Below, one piece after another: positions 1 through 9,744 of a DNA stretch of 64,000 nt. A model generated the notes under the pieces. The model was not told the origin of the DNA. It did not search any database and saw only the letters and a list, made by a program, of their open reading frames with translations. This DNA comes from an uncultured delta proteobacterium. Lineage in GTDB: Bacteria > Desulfobacterota > Binatia > UBA9968. Each line of letters starts with the position of its first letter. Position 1 is the stretch's first letter. The stretch is from positions 96,001-160,000 of the forward strand of contig CAWJBB010000061.1 of the NCBI GenBank assembly GCA_963840855.1, in the 5' to 3' direction. The position numbers were made by a program, and so were the translations under genes.

Positions 1-1065
1 GTACCAGGCGTCGAATCCTTCCAGCCGTTGATGGCCATTGAGATTGACTCCGGACTTAAGCGGAGTTTCCGTTTGCTCGTTGACCGAAGCGAGATACGCC
101 GTCCAGCGCGGATCGGGCAAAAGCTTTTGCCGCTCGTCCAATACCAGTTTGCGAAATTCTTCGATGCCAAGGTTCGCGATTAAAAACTTGATCCGCGCCC
201 GCGCGCGGTTGCGCTTCTCGCCGAGACGGGCGAAGACGCGTGAGATCGCCTGCATCGTCGGCAACAACTCTTCTTCCGGCAGAAACTCATCGAACAGCTT
301 TGCCTTGTAAGGCACCGATCCCAAACCGCCGCCGACGTAAAAAACAAAGCCGCGCCGCACTTTCCCATTATCAACCTTGGTCTTGGCGATGGCGCCCATG
401 TCGTGCATGGTCACCAGGCCACAGGGATTCTGCGCACAACCGGAAAAAGCGATCTTGACCTTGCGCCCAAAGTCCTGGGTATCGGGATGGCCCATCAAAA
501 ATCTCGAACAGGCCTTCGCATACGGCGTCGTGTCGAACGTTTCCTCCCGGCAAATTCCCGACAACGGGCACGCCGTCACATTGCGCACGGAATTTCCGCA
601 GGCCTCGCGAGTGGTGATCCCGACGGCGGCAAGCCGGCGCATGAGCGCCGGCGTGTCGTCGATGTGAACATAGTGAAACTGGATATCCTGCCGGGTCGTG
701 ACGTGGGATACGCCGTCGGCATACTCCTCGGATAGATCGGCCAGGGTTTCTAACTGCGCCGGTGTTATGCCGCCAAAAGGAATCTTGATGCGCATCATCC
801 CCGGCGCGTCCCACAACGTGTCCGGTCCTTTGATCACATCGGCGGAGAGCTTGAGCTTCTGAACGCGAGTGCCGTCGTGACGCTGGCCGTTGTCGTATCG
901 CTGGCCGTAGATGCCGCGGCGCAGGCGAGTTTCAGCAAAAACCTTCTCGTCGATCTTGCCCTGCTTGCGCAGCTCCATCTGCTGCTCGAAGATATCGATC
1001 TCGCGGCCAAGGTCGGCAGGAATTCGCTCGCCCAGCTTTTCCTTCCAAGTGATTTGGTTCTTCAT
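1..1065 (-). CDS. Nitrite/sulfite reductase (siroheme, ferredoxin-type), 3' end runs off the window
   Basis: Manual translation from ATG at 1065: MKNQITWKEKLG...RLRRGIYGQR...MMRIKIPFG...HVTTRQDIQFH...REACGNSVRNVTACP...RKVKIAFSGC...VGGGLG. These are typical NIR/SIR motifs; the frame stays open to the window edge. Confidence 0.9.
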   Translation of the reverse strand, partial: MKNQITWKEKLGERIPADLGREIDIFEQQMELRKQGKIDEKVFAETRLRRGIYGQRYDNGQRHDGTRVQKLKLSADVIKGPDTLWDAPGMMRIKIPFGGITPAQLETLADLSEEYADGVSHVTTRQDIQFHYVHIDDTPALMRRLAAVGITTREACGNSVRNVTACPLSGICREETFDTTPYAKACSRFLMGHPDTQDFGRKVKIAFSGCAQNPCGLVTMHDMGAIAKTKVDNGKVRRGFVFYVGGGLGSVPYKAKLFDEFLPEEELLPTMQAISRVFARLGEKRNRARARIKFLIANLGIEEFRKLVLDERQKLLPDPRWTAYLASVNEQTETPLKSGVNLNGHQRLEGFDAWY

Positions 1066-1108
1066 AACAAAGACCTTTCTTCCAATGCGGACTGATCAGC
1101 GGTTTACT

Positions 1109-1131
1109 TTTCTGATTGTTTTAGTCAGGAA
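1109..1131. promoter_or_regulatory. Putative Rrf2-family operator upstream of the reductase
   Basis: Imperfect palindrome TTTCTGATTGTTTTAGTCAGGAA, resembling IscR/CymR-type sites, between the Rrf2 gene and the reductase start. Confidence 0.45.
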
Positions 1132-1157
1132 TTGTGGAAAATTTTTTTAAGCCTACC

Positions 1158-1592
1158 CTAGATGTAATACATCAACGCTGGCGTCTCGGTTTTACATAAA
1201 TCCGCCAGGGTGGTTTCCTCGAGCACCGTTTCCATAGCTCGTAAGCCGCGCGACCAGGTTTCATTCAAACGGCGTGTCACGATTGGTAACGGTTGGCCGC
1301 CGCGCCGGGCGCTTAGATCAAAAACTGCGATGGGACCTTCTAGGACCTGAATTACTTCTTTGATGCTGATACTCTCCGGAGGACGTGCCAGCGTATAACC
1401 GCCGGTCGGCCCCCTCGCGCCATGCACCAGTTCCCCTCTTTTTAGCAGCGCCATAATCTGACCTAGATACTGCTCTGGAATACCTTGGCTCTCCGCAATT
1501 TCCTTCAATTGAACGGCACGCTGCAGCCGATAACTGCTGGCCAGTTCCGCCAGTGCCAACAAACCGTAGTGGCCTTTCGAGCTCACTTTCAT
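1158..1592 (-). CDS. Rrf2 family transcriptional regulator (CymR/IscR-like, lacks the three-Cys cluster motif)
   Basis: MKVSSKGHYGLLAL...IPEQYLGQI...GARGPTGGYTLARPPESISIKEVIQVLEGP. Confidence 0.9.
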   Translation of the reverse strand: MKVSSKGHYGLLALAELASSYRLQRAVQLKEIAESQGIPEQYLGQIMALLKRGELVHGARGPTGGYTLARPPESISIKEVIQVLEGPIAVFDLSARRGGQPLPIVTRRLNETWSRGLRAMETVLEETTLADLCKTETPALMYYI

Positions 1593-1834
1593 ACCGTCAA
1601 CTCCATTACTATCTTGACATAAGTAAAAAGATCGAAAATGTCAAGAACCCTTGTTTTGCATGGAAACGGCGACGGAATTTGCCAGTTGCAGCGAGCTCCG
1701 CGAATTAAGCCATCCAGACCAAGGTCCGCCCGGCGCCCATCTGGCGCGTCAAGTTTGCAGTTGCTTGATGGAAACCGTTGAAGCTATATTTCGACCACTG
1801 CCATCTCTCGGAAGGACGTCCGGAGGTATTCTTT

Positions 1835-2869
1835 ATGATCCGCGCTCTAAAGGCTTTCGCCGGCTTCATGCTGTTTGCCATCGCAACGGGCGAGCTCGCC
1901 GAGAACGCGCGGGCCGCCTCCGGCGAGGTCGTCATTACCCACGCTAGCATGAGCACTTCGGCGATACCTCTCTGGGTGACGCAGCGACAAAACTTCTTCA
2001 GCAAGTATGGCGTCAAAGCACAGGTCGTGTGGGTACGTGGAAATCCAGCGCAAATCGCTACTCTGGCCTCGGGCGACACCCAGATTGCCTACGGTGGCGC
2101 GACCACCGCACTGGCGGCCGCGGTGGGTGGCAAGGAACTCAAAATGATCGCCAGCCTAAACAGCCGGGAGACGCTCGATGTTGTCGCGCGTCCTAATATC
2201 AAACAGCCCGAAGAGCTGCGCGGGAAAAAATTCGGCATCCAGAGCTTCGGCGGCGGAGTCTGGAAAACCGCCACGGTATGGCTTGAGCACTTCGGTCTGG
2301 ACGAAAAACGCGACAATATTCAAATGATCGTTATCGGCGACGTTACCGTCTTGAGCCAGGCCGTGGAGACCGGCAGAATCGACGCCACCGTCGTGCCCGG
2401 TTTTCTCAGCCGCCGCCTCGCGGAAAAAGGCTTCAATGTGCTCGGCCGCTCGGACAAGACGAGGCTTGCTTCCATCGGCATGGCCGTCCTCGTCGAGCCG
2501 GCATACTTGCAGCAAAATCTGGAAACGCTGCAAAACGTCATGAAGGCGCTGATCGAAGGCATGGTCTTCAGCGCCAGCGCCAAAAACAAGCCCGCCGTCA
2601 TCGAAACCATCGTGAAGCATTTCAAACTTAGCGATCCTGCCGCGGCAGACTCGGCCTATCAGGATATCCTCGCCCTGATTCGCGCCGAGGAGTACCGCAA
2701 ACCCTCCGTTCCCATAGACGGTCTGCGAGGGCTTCAACGGATCATGAAAACCCAGAACCCTAAAATTGGCGAGATCAACACGGATAATCTGGTCGATGCA
2801 AGCGTCATCCGGAGAATCGACCAGAGCGGTTTCTTCGAAAAACTCTACGCCGAGTATGGCGTAAAGTAG
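1835..2869 (+). CDS. ABC transporter substrate-binding protein, NMT1/THI5/SsuA-like
   Basis: Signal peptide; PLWVT...FFSKYG, ELRGKKFGI, C-terminal DASVIRRIDQSGFFEKLY; start moved to ATG 1835. Confidence 0.85.
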   Translation: MIRALKAFAGFMLFAIATGELAENARAASGEVVITHASMSTSAIPLWVTQRQNFFSKYGVKAQVVWVRGNPAQIATLASGDTQIAYGGATTALAAAVGGKELKMIASLNSRETLDVVARPNIKQPEELRGKKFGIQSFGGGVWKTATVWLEHFGLDEKRDNIQMIVIGDVTVLSQAVETGRIDATVVPGFLSRRLAEKGFNVLGRSDKTRLASIGMAVLVEPAYLQQNLETLQNVMKALIEGMVFSASAKNKPAVIETIVKHFKLSDPAAADSAYQDILALIRAEEYRKPSVPIDGLRGLQRIMKTQNPKIGEINTDNLVDASVIRRIDQSGFFEKLYAEYGVK

Positions 2870-2947
2870 GATCTGATTTTGTCTTTCGTTACGTCTTGAA
2901 CGATTTGAACGTCTTGAACGAATCCCCGCACAACAAATACCGTAGCA

Positions 2948-3793
2948 ATGATAACCATGCGAATTCACACCCAACTCGTAAGTTTTAAAACATCCGATAA
3001 TGAACGGCTCCACGGGCTGCTTTTCACGCCGCCGGACAAGAAATCTGATCTGGCGTTGATAATGGTGCACGGCGTAGCGATGAATTTTTACCTACCGCCA
3101 CTGCCGACGCTCGGACAGGCCCTCGCCGCGGGCGGCCATCATTGTTTCGTCATTAACACCCGCGGCCACGACTGGATTGCCCGCGCCGGCAATCTGACCC
3201 AGTTCGGCGGCGCCGCCTACGAGACCTTTGAAGAGTGCTTACTCGACCTCGACGGCGCCATCGACTGCATGGCGCGCCATGGCTACAAGCGCTTCCTCCT
3301 CGTCGGCCACAGTCTCGGCTGCGTGAAGTCGCTGCTTTACCAAGGCGCGCGTCAACGCGCCGATATCGCCGGCGTCATTTCCTGTTCCTGCCCGAAACAG
3401 TTTTATTCCGCGCGGGCGGAAGAACAACCCGAGTTCAAAGATCTTATGGCCAAAGCGGAGCGAATGATCGCGCAAGGCCAAGGCGACGACTTCCTCTGGG
3501 CGCAGACCAGCGGCGCGATGGGGATCTTTACCGCCAAGACCTATGAAAATAAATACGGCCGCCACGAGAAAAACGATGTCCGGCCCCAAGCTCGTCGGCT
3601 GGGGTGCCCGCACCTGGCCATCGCCGGCGGCGCCGAACACCCATTTTTCCCGGAGTACGCCAAGGCGCTGGCCGAAGCCGGTAGCGCAAGCGCAAGTTAC
3701 AGGATCGTTCCGGGAGCAAATCATTTTTATATCAACCACGAGCCGGAGGTCGTTGCGATCATCGCGGAGTGGCTCGAGCAATTCGCCCACTGA
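2948..3793 (+). CDS. Alpha/beta hydrolase (DUF1749-like)
   Basis: VHG oxyanion motif, GHSLG nucleophile elbow, GANHFY catalytic His. Confidence 0.85.
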   Translation: MITMRIHTQLVSFKTSDNERLHGLLFTPPDKKSDLALIMVHGVAMNFYLPPLPTLGQALAAGGHHCFVINTRGHDWIARAGNLTQFGGAAYETFEECLLDLDGAIDCMARHGYKRFLLVGHSLGCVKSLLYQGARQRADIAGVISCSCPKQFYSARAEEQPEFKDLMAKAERMIAQGQGDDFLWAQTSGAMGIFTAKTYENKYGRHEKNDVRPQARRLGCPHLAIAGGAEHPFFPEYAKALAEAGSASASYRIVPGANHFYINHEPEVVAIIAEWLEQFAH

Positions 3794-3871
3794 CTGCGCG
3801 CACGCCGGACCACGACATCACAGCACAATCATCATGTCGAGTTTCTCTCCGTCTCTGTCTCGTCTCACCCT

Positions 3872-4708
3872 ATGAACTGCCAAACTGAAATCTGCACGTT
3901 TAAAACCTCGGACAACGAGCGGCTGCATGGGGCGCTATTGACGCCGCCGGAGTCGCCGGCCGATCTCGCCCTCGTTTTCGTTCACGGCGTGGCGATGAAT
4001 TTCTACTTGCCGCCGTTGTTTCTCTTCGGCCAAGAGTTGGCGGCGCGCGGATACCATTGCTTCGTCATCAATACCCGCGGCCATGACTGGATCTGCCGCG
4101 CCGGAAACCTGACCAGGTTCGGCGGCTCGGCTTATGAAAATCTCGAGGACTGCCTCGCCGATCTCGACGGCGCTTTGGCATTCCTCGCTGCCCGTGGCTA
4201 CCGGCGATTCGTTCTGGTCGGCCACAGTCTCGGCGCCATCAAGTCAATCATCTACCAGGGCACCCGCCGTCGTTCGGACATGGCCGGCATCGTTTCCTGC
4301 TCCGCGCCGAAGCAATTTTACTCGGAGCGGATCGCGCGCCAGCCCAAGTTCCGCGAACTGATCGAACAAGCCGAATCGATGGTTAGCGATGGCAGAGGTG
4401 ACGACTTGATGTCAGTCGCCGTCGGCGCCACGCCGGGAATCTTTAGCGCCCGCACCCATCTCGATAAATACGGCAAGGACGACCGCAACGATTGCCGGCC
4501 CTACGCCAAGAGCCTTGGCTGTCCTTTGCTCGCCATCGTCGGCGGCGCCGAGCCAAAGTTGTTTCACGAATACGCTCAAGAAATCGTCGCCAACGCCGGT
4601 GCCAATGCAACCTACGAACAGGTCGACGGCGGCAATCATTTTTACAACCGGCACATAGCGCAGATCGTCGAGGTCATCGATCGGTGGCTGCGACGGTTTG
4701 AAGATTAA
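3872..4708 (+). CDS. Alpha/beta hydrolase, tandem paralog of 2948..3793
   Basis: Shares FKTSDNERLHG, VHGVAMNFYLPP, GHSLG and NHFY motifs with the upstream gene. Confidence 0.85.
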   Translation: MNCQTEICTFKTSDNERLHGALLTPPESPADLALVFVHGVAMNFYLPPLFLFGQELAARGYHCFVINTRGHDWICRAGNLTRFGGSAYENLEDCLADLDGALAFLAARGYRRFVLVGHSLGAIKSIIYQGTRRRSDMAGIVSCSAPKQFYSERIARQPKFRELIEQAESMVSDGRGDDLMSVAVGATPGIFSARTHLDKYGKDDRNDCRPYAKSLGCPLLAIVGGAEPKLFHEYAQEIVANAGANATYEQVDGGNHFYNRHIAQIVEVIDRWLRRFED

Positions 4709-4783
4709 GTGATTAGACTACAAAGAGCATGGCGCGGCAAAGCCGCAACCAACTAAACCAACTTGCCAACCACGAGCAGCCCC

Positions 4784-6016
4784 CTAAATTGCTATCAGAT
4801 CCCGCGGCTCCGCCGTCATGAACTCGAAACCGTTTTTTTTGATGCGCAGCGTGTGCTCGATCTGAATCCCGCCCATGCCCAGCTCGACGAGCGCCACCTC
4901 GACGTTGATCACCATGTTTTCCTGCAGGGGCACGTCGCTGGTTTCAGGCAAAAAGGGGCTGCTGAGCTTTTTTGGCGCGGTAAACTCGAAGGGGAATTCT
5001 CTTGCCTCGATGCCAATGGTGTGACCGACGAATTCTTTGTGTTCGTCCACGCCGGCTTGTTTGGTGCCGCGATTGAGCGCGTCGAGCAGTTCTGACGGGC
5101 GGCTGCCTGGTTTGCAAAGTTCCAGACAATCGGCGATTCCTTTTGTCCCGGCATCGAACAGTTTTCTTTGTGTCGCCGTCGGGGCTCCAAGCACCCCCGT
5201 TGCGCATACGTCCGAGTGGAGCGAATTGAGATAAATCCCCACGTCGGTGCGTAGAAGATCGCCGGGTTCGAGTTTCTTGGCAGACGGCGGAAAAATCCCA
5301 GCCGATCTCCGGCCGGACCCCAGGTGCTGCCATCCCACGGTTCCCCGCCCGCTGCCGATATGCTTGTGAAATTCCGCCGAAAGCTCGAGCTCCGTCGCGC
5401 CTACTGCGGCGCTCCGAAACATCGCGCTCACCGCCTTGTCATTAAGCTCGCAGGCTTTCTTGAGGCCGTTAATTTCGTCCTCGCTTTTGATCATACGAAT
5501 CAAACGAAAAAGATCGCTGCCATCGAGAAACTTCGCCTGTGGCAGCGCTTCCCGGAGATAATCTTTGACCTCCTGCGCCATGCCTTCGTGGTCCCAGGCC
5601 ACCGTGCGCCCGCTTAAGCCTTTGTCGCGCAGTAACCGAGTCAACGCTTCAGCAGGACTCTTGCCCAAGAGTTTTGCTTTGTCGAAGACTGAGACGAAGC
5701 GCGCTTCTTCCTCGCTCGGCGGCGCATCAGTCGCGTAACGCAGAGTGCGCCCGCCACCGTAGGTGTAGACTTCCTGGAGCCAAGGCTTTTGCGCCGCGAA
5801 GTAAGTCGCTTCTCCGGGATACATGAGCATGGCCGGGGTTTGATCCGGTGGGCGGCAGAAAACGACAAAGTTTGGCCGCTGGGAGTATTTGTGCACGCCT
5901 TGTCCCCACGGCGCAAAGTCGCTCATATAGATGACATTCTCACGCGTCGCTCCCACCAGCGCGTCGACGGAAAATCTTTGCATGAGTTCAAGGGCACGTT
6001 CGCGATTTAGTAGCAT
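4784..6016 (-). CDS. M24 family Xaa-Pro peptidase/creatinase-like
   Basis: Creatinase N-domain, MIKSEDEI linker, metal ligands in RTDVG...HSDV...GHTIG...NVE...IEHT; start MLLNRER. Confidence 0.85.
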   Translation of the reverse strand: MLLNRERALELMQRFSVDALVGATRENVIYMSDFAPWGQGVHKYSQRPNFVVFCRPPDQTPAMLMYPGEATYFAAQKPWLQEVYTYGGGRTLRYATDAPPSEEEARFVSVFDKAKLLGKSPAEALTRLLRDKGLSGRTVAWDHEGMAQEVKDYLREALPQAKFLDGSDLFRLIRMIKSEDEINGLKKACELNDKAVSAMFRSAAVGATELELSAEFHKHIGSGRGTVGWQHLGSGRRSAGIFPPSAKKLEPGDLLRTDVGIYLNSLHSDVCATGVLGAPTATQRKLFDAGTKGIADCLELCKPGSRPSELLDALNRGTKQAGVDEHKEFVGHTIGIEAREFPFEFTAPKKLSSPFLPETSDVPLQENMVINVEVALVELGMGGIQIEHTLRIKKNGFEFMTAEPRDLIAI

Positions 6017-6136
6017 GGCATTCTCGCTTTCCTTCGGGCTGCTGCCAAAGACGCCAGATCTCGTTGCGCTCAATGGCCTCCCTGCGACCACGTTCAGCCG
6101 TTACAATCGTTCCAGTCGTGGAAATTTATGTCATTT

Positions 6137-7117
6137 CTATATAGGACCATCGATGAACCCTGACTCGTCCAGCTCGCGGACTATGCTCAAGTCGACGAAT
6201 TGCTCGGGTTTGGCGCCTTTGGCTTTTTCATTCCTGGGCAAGCTGTCCAATATCGTCCTGATACCCGCCAGGGTCGGATAAGGTTTTTTGACGTAGAGCT
6301 TATTGGCATTTTCTTCGTATTGGGCTTCCACGACTTGACGGTCGTTGATCCTGAGGTATTTGCTCATGATCTTGAGGCTCTCTTGCTTATGATTTTTCAT
6401 CCATGCCATCGCCTCGATGATCCCTTTAGTGTAATTTACCACCGCTTTTCGGTTGCGCCCAACGATGGCGCGGGTGGTCGCCACGGCCGTGTGCTGGTAC
6501 TCGACCCCCGTGAGCGCCGTATCGAGGAGTTGACGGTGTCCTTGCTGTTTTAGATAGAGCGTCTCGCCAAGATTATACGCGCCGCCGTGCACCGTGCCGT
6601 TGGTCAACGCATTGACGCGAATCGCGCTGTCTCCCAGCGCCAAGATGGTTACATCTTTTTCCGGATCGATGCCGAGTCTGCTCAGACCGAAGCGCAGGGA
6701 GAAATCGGAAGACGATCCAAGGGTGCTGACGCCAAGCTTTTTGCCTTTGAGTTGCGCTGGCGTCGCAATGTCCTTATGAGCCACGATGTAAAAAGACATG
6801 GAGTTAATAAGCCCCATGAACATCACGACGTCACTGCCGCCGAGCGCGCTTTGCACGAAAGGCGGGCCGGCGGCGTGAATTATTTGGGCATCGCCGGAAA
6901 TCAATGGAAATACCGCCTTGGCGCCGGGAATATGGCCGACTACTTCCGCTTCGAGATTGTATTTCTGGAAAAACCGCAGATCTTTGGCCACGAGCAGCAC
7001 CATGTGGCTGGCTGCCAAACTGCCGAAAGCCGCGCGGAGTTTATCCTGGGCTCGAACGCTGCCGTTCAAACTCAGCAATAGACAGAACAGAACAAACACC
7101 CTGCAATGTTTCATCAT
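6137..7117 (-). CDS. ABC transporter substrate-binding protein, NMT1/THI5-like
   Basis: Signal peptide; LKGKKLGVSTLGSSSDF, IDPEKDVTI, FVDLSIVRELDESGFI. Confidence 0.85.
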   Translation of the reverse strand: MMKHCRVFVLFCLLLSLNGSVRAQDKLRAAFGSLAASHMVLLVAKDLRFFQKYNLEAEVVGHIPGAKAVFPLISGDAQIIHAAGPPFVQSALGGSDVVMFMGLINSMSFYIVAHKDIATPAQLKGKKLGVSTLGSSSDFSLRFGLSRLGIDPEKDVTILALGDSAIRVNALTNGTVHGGAYNLGETLYLKQQGHRQLLDTALTGVEYQHTAVATTRAIVGRNRKAVVNYTKGIIEAMAWMKNHKQESLKIMSKYLRINDRQVVEAQYEENANKLYVKKPYPTLAGIRTILDSLPRNEKAKGAKPEQFVDLSIVRELDESGFIDGPI

Positions 7118-7405
7118 TGCGTTCTCTTACAACCCATTCACCGTAACGCTAGCGCAAAGGGGCGTGTGCCGTCAACGTAATGTGAGCTTGTTTTTGTAGT
7201 TGCCTGGCGAGAATGAATGAAGTTATAGTTCGATATTGACGCGGAACCGGTCGCTAATAGGGAGTCATCATGCTCGTCAAAGCGATCAATTTCGTGACTC
7301 TGAAAGCCATGGATGACGAGCGGGATACTTGAGCCGATATTGAAATTGACAATGTCTCCGTCACAGTAATAGTCTCGGTCAGATGAAATCTAAAGGAGCT
7401 GGGGC

Positions 7406-8533
7406 ATGGGCAAAGAAACGTCGACCATCACGCGGCGCGATTTTCTCAAACTCACTGCCAAAACCGCGGTCTTTTCATCCGCTTTTCTAACCGGATGTGC
7501 AATCATGGCCACTGACCGCAGCAAGAAAACGGCCCGCGCCATCGACATTCATCATCACTACTTTCCTGCCGAGCTTATCGACGAGATCAAGCAGCACGGC
7601 AAATCATTGGGCATAGAATATCTGCCATCAAAGGGCGGGGCACATTCGCTGAGTTTCGGAAAGGGAAATCGAACCGGCGTCGACCCTGAAATCATGGACG
7701 TGGACAAGCGTCTGGAGGTCATGCGCGACGGCAGGGTCGCAATCGCGACCGTCGAGTCGCAACCCAGCGCTCAAGGCTATCCGCTCGACGGAAAACAGGG
7801 CGAAGCCTGGTCGCGGCTTTATAACGAAGGCATTCACAACCTGGTCAAACGCTATCCACAGCGCTTTGTCGGCATGGCGACAGTGCCGCTGCAAGATCCC
7901 GTGCGCGCCGCAAGCGTCCTGGAACAGGCGATTCGCGAGCTCAAATTTTCCGGAGTGACCATCGGATCGAACGTGAACGGCAAGTATTTCGATGGCAAAG
8001 ACTTCGATCCGTTCTGGAAAAAGGCCGAAGAGCTGGATGTGTTAATAATCATGCATCCGGACTCCATATTGGGCAGTGACAAAATGGGCGCCTACAGTCT
8101 ACGGACCGTTTGCGGCAACCCAGCCGACACGACACTGTCGGTGGGCTTTATGATTTACAGCGGCGTTTTCGACCGGTTTCCCAGACTCAAGCTCGGGCTG
8201 CTCCATGGCGGCGGTTTTTTTCCTTACCATCTCGGTCGTTTTGACCAGGGGTTCAAACGCAGCGGCGGAAGAGAGCCTTTCCCCGCTTCGCAACCTCCGA
8301 GCCGTTATCTCAAGAACCTCTATTTCGACAACCTGGTGTATCGGGTAGATACCGTCGAGTATCTTAAACGCGTGGTCGGCGCGGACCACGTCCTGGTCGG
8401 AACGGATTATCCCTATACTCTGGGAGATTGGATGTCGGTGGAAAAGATAGAGCAGATGAATTGCACGGAAAACGAGCGCGAAGCGATGCTGCATGGCAAC
8501 GCGCGGGCGCTGCTAAAATTGTCGACGATGTAA
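7406..8533 (+). CDS. Amidohydrolase_2 (ACMSD-like) with Tat signal and lipobox
   Basis: TRRDFLK twin-arginine motif, FLTGC lipobox, IDIHHH, IMHP, LHGGG, VGTDYP. Confidence 0.85.
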   Translation: MGKETSTITRRDFLKLTAKTAVFSSAFLTGCAIMATDRSKKTARAIDIHHHYFPAELIDEIKQHGKSLGIEYLPSKGGAHSLSFGKGNRTGVDPEIMDVDKRLEVMRDGRVAIATVESQPSAQGYPLDGKQGEAWSRLYNEGIHNLVKRYPQRFVGMATVPLQDPVRAASVLEQAIRELKFSGVTIGSNVNGKYFDGKDFDPFWKKAEELDVLIIMHPDSILGSDKMGAYSLRTVCGNPADTTLSVGFMIYSGVFDRFPRLKLGLLHGGGFFPYHLGRFDQGFKRSGGREPFPASQPPSRYLKNLYFDNLVYRVDTVEYLKRVVGADHVLVGTDYPYTLGDWMSVEKIEQMNCTENEREAMLHGNARALLKLSTM

Positions 8534-8574
8534 GACATTAACTCGATCGTTTACCAGCTCAATGGAGGAGAACG

Positions 8575-9715
8575 ATGAAGCGCCAAACCTCAACGATGAC
8601 CCGGCGCGATTTCCTGCAGCTCGCTGGCAAAACCGCGGTCGTCTCATCAGGTTTTTTGGCCGGCTGCGCGGCAACTTCAACGACTCGTCAGCCGCGACGC
8701 GTCGCGCGCCATCGACATTCATCATCATTATTTCGCGCCGGAGCTGATTGACGAGATCAAACAACATGGTAAAGCGCTCGGCATCGAGTATTTTCCACCC
8801 AAGGATGCAAAAGCCAACCCCTTCCAGTTCCAATTTCCCAAGGGCAATCGCCTGAGCCCCGATCCGCGCATGGCCGAGGTGGAAAACCGCCTCAAAATCA
8901 TGAGCGAGGGTCATATCGGCATCGCGACGGTTGAAGTTCATACCGCGTCGGTGGGCTATGAGCTCGACGGCCAGCGTGGCGAATCATGGTCGAAGCTTTA
9001 CAATGACGCGATTATGAATTTGGTCAAACGCCATCCCACTCGCTTCGCCGGTATCGCTACGGTACCGCTGCAAGATCCACCCCGCGCCGCGCGGGTGCTG
9101 GAACATGCCATACGCGACCTCAAAATGGTCGGCGTGACCCTCCCATCCAACGTCGTCGGCAAATACTACGACAGCAAAGACTTCGATCCGTTCTGGGCAA
9201 AGGCGCAGGAGCTGGACGTGCTCATGATCATGCACCCGGAATGGGTCGCCGGCGGCGACAGAATGGGCGCATACGGGCTGCGCACCGTGTGCGGCAATCC
9301 CGCCGATACGACCCTCTCGGTGGGTTACATGATTTACAGCGGGGTGTTCGATAGATTTCCCAATCTCAAACTCGCGCTGCTCCACGGCGGCGGCTTTTTT
9401 CCCTATCATCTCGGTAGATTCGATAACGGATTCCGTAGCGGTAGCGGCGCGGCGCGCTTGCCGGCCAAACAACCGCCGAGCAAATATCTAAAGAACCTCT
9501 ACTTCGACAACCTCGTCTACCGCGTCGAGACCGTCGAATATTTGAAACGCATGGTCGGCGCCGAACACGTGATGGTCGGCACCGATTATCCGTTCGATCT
9601 CGGCGATTGGATGGCCGCGGAAAAGATCCAACAAATGAACTGCACCGACGCCGAGCGCGAAGCGATGCTCCATGGCAACGCGAGAAAGCTGCTGCGGCTT
9701 CCGCGCAGCGCCTGA
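8575..9715 (+). CDS. Amidohydrolase_2 tandem paralog with Tat/lipobox; frameshift near 8700
   Basis: [25 protein letters not shown]...FLAGC; a frame change leads into [10 protein letters not shown] and the 8870..9715 ORF. Confidence 0.8.
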
Positions 9716-9744
9716 GCAATTTAAACCTGAGCGAAAAAGCTCCC

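Noticed and set aside
7270-7332. 20-aa ORF with RBS upstream of the amidohydrolases
   Set aside because: No attenuator structure or biased codons seen; too short to support.
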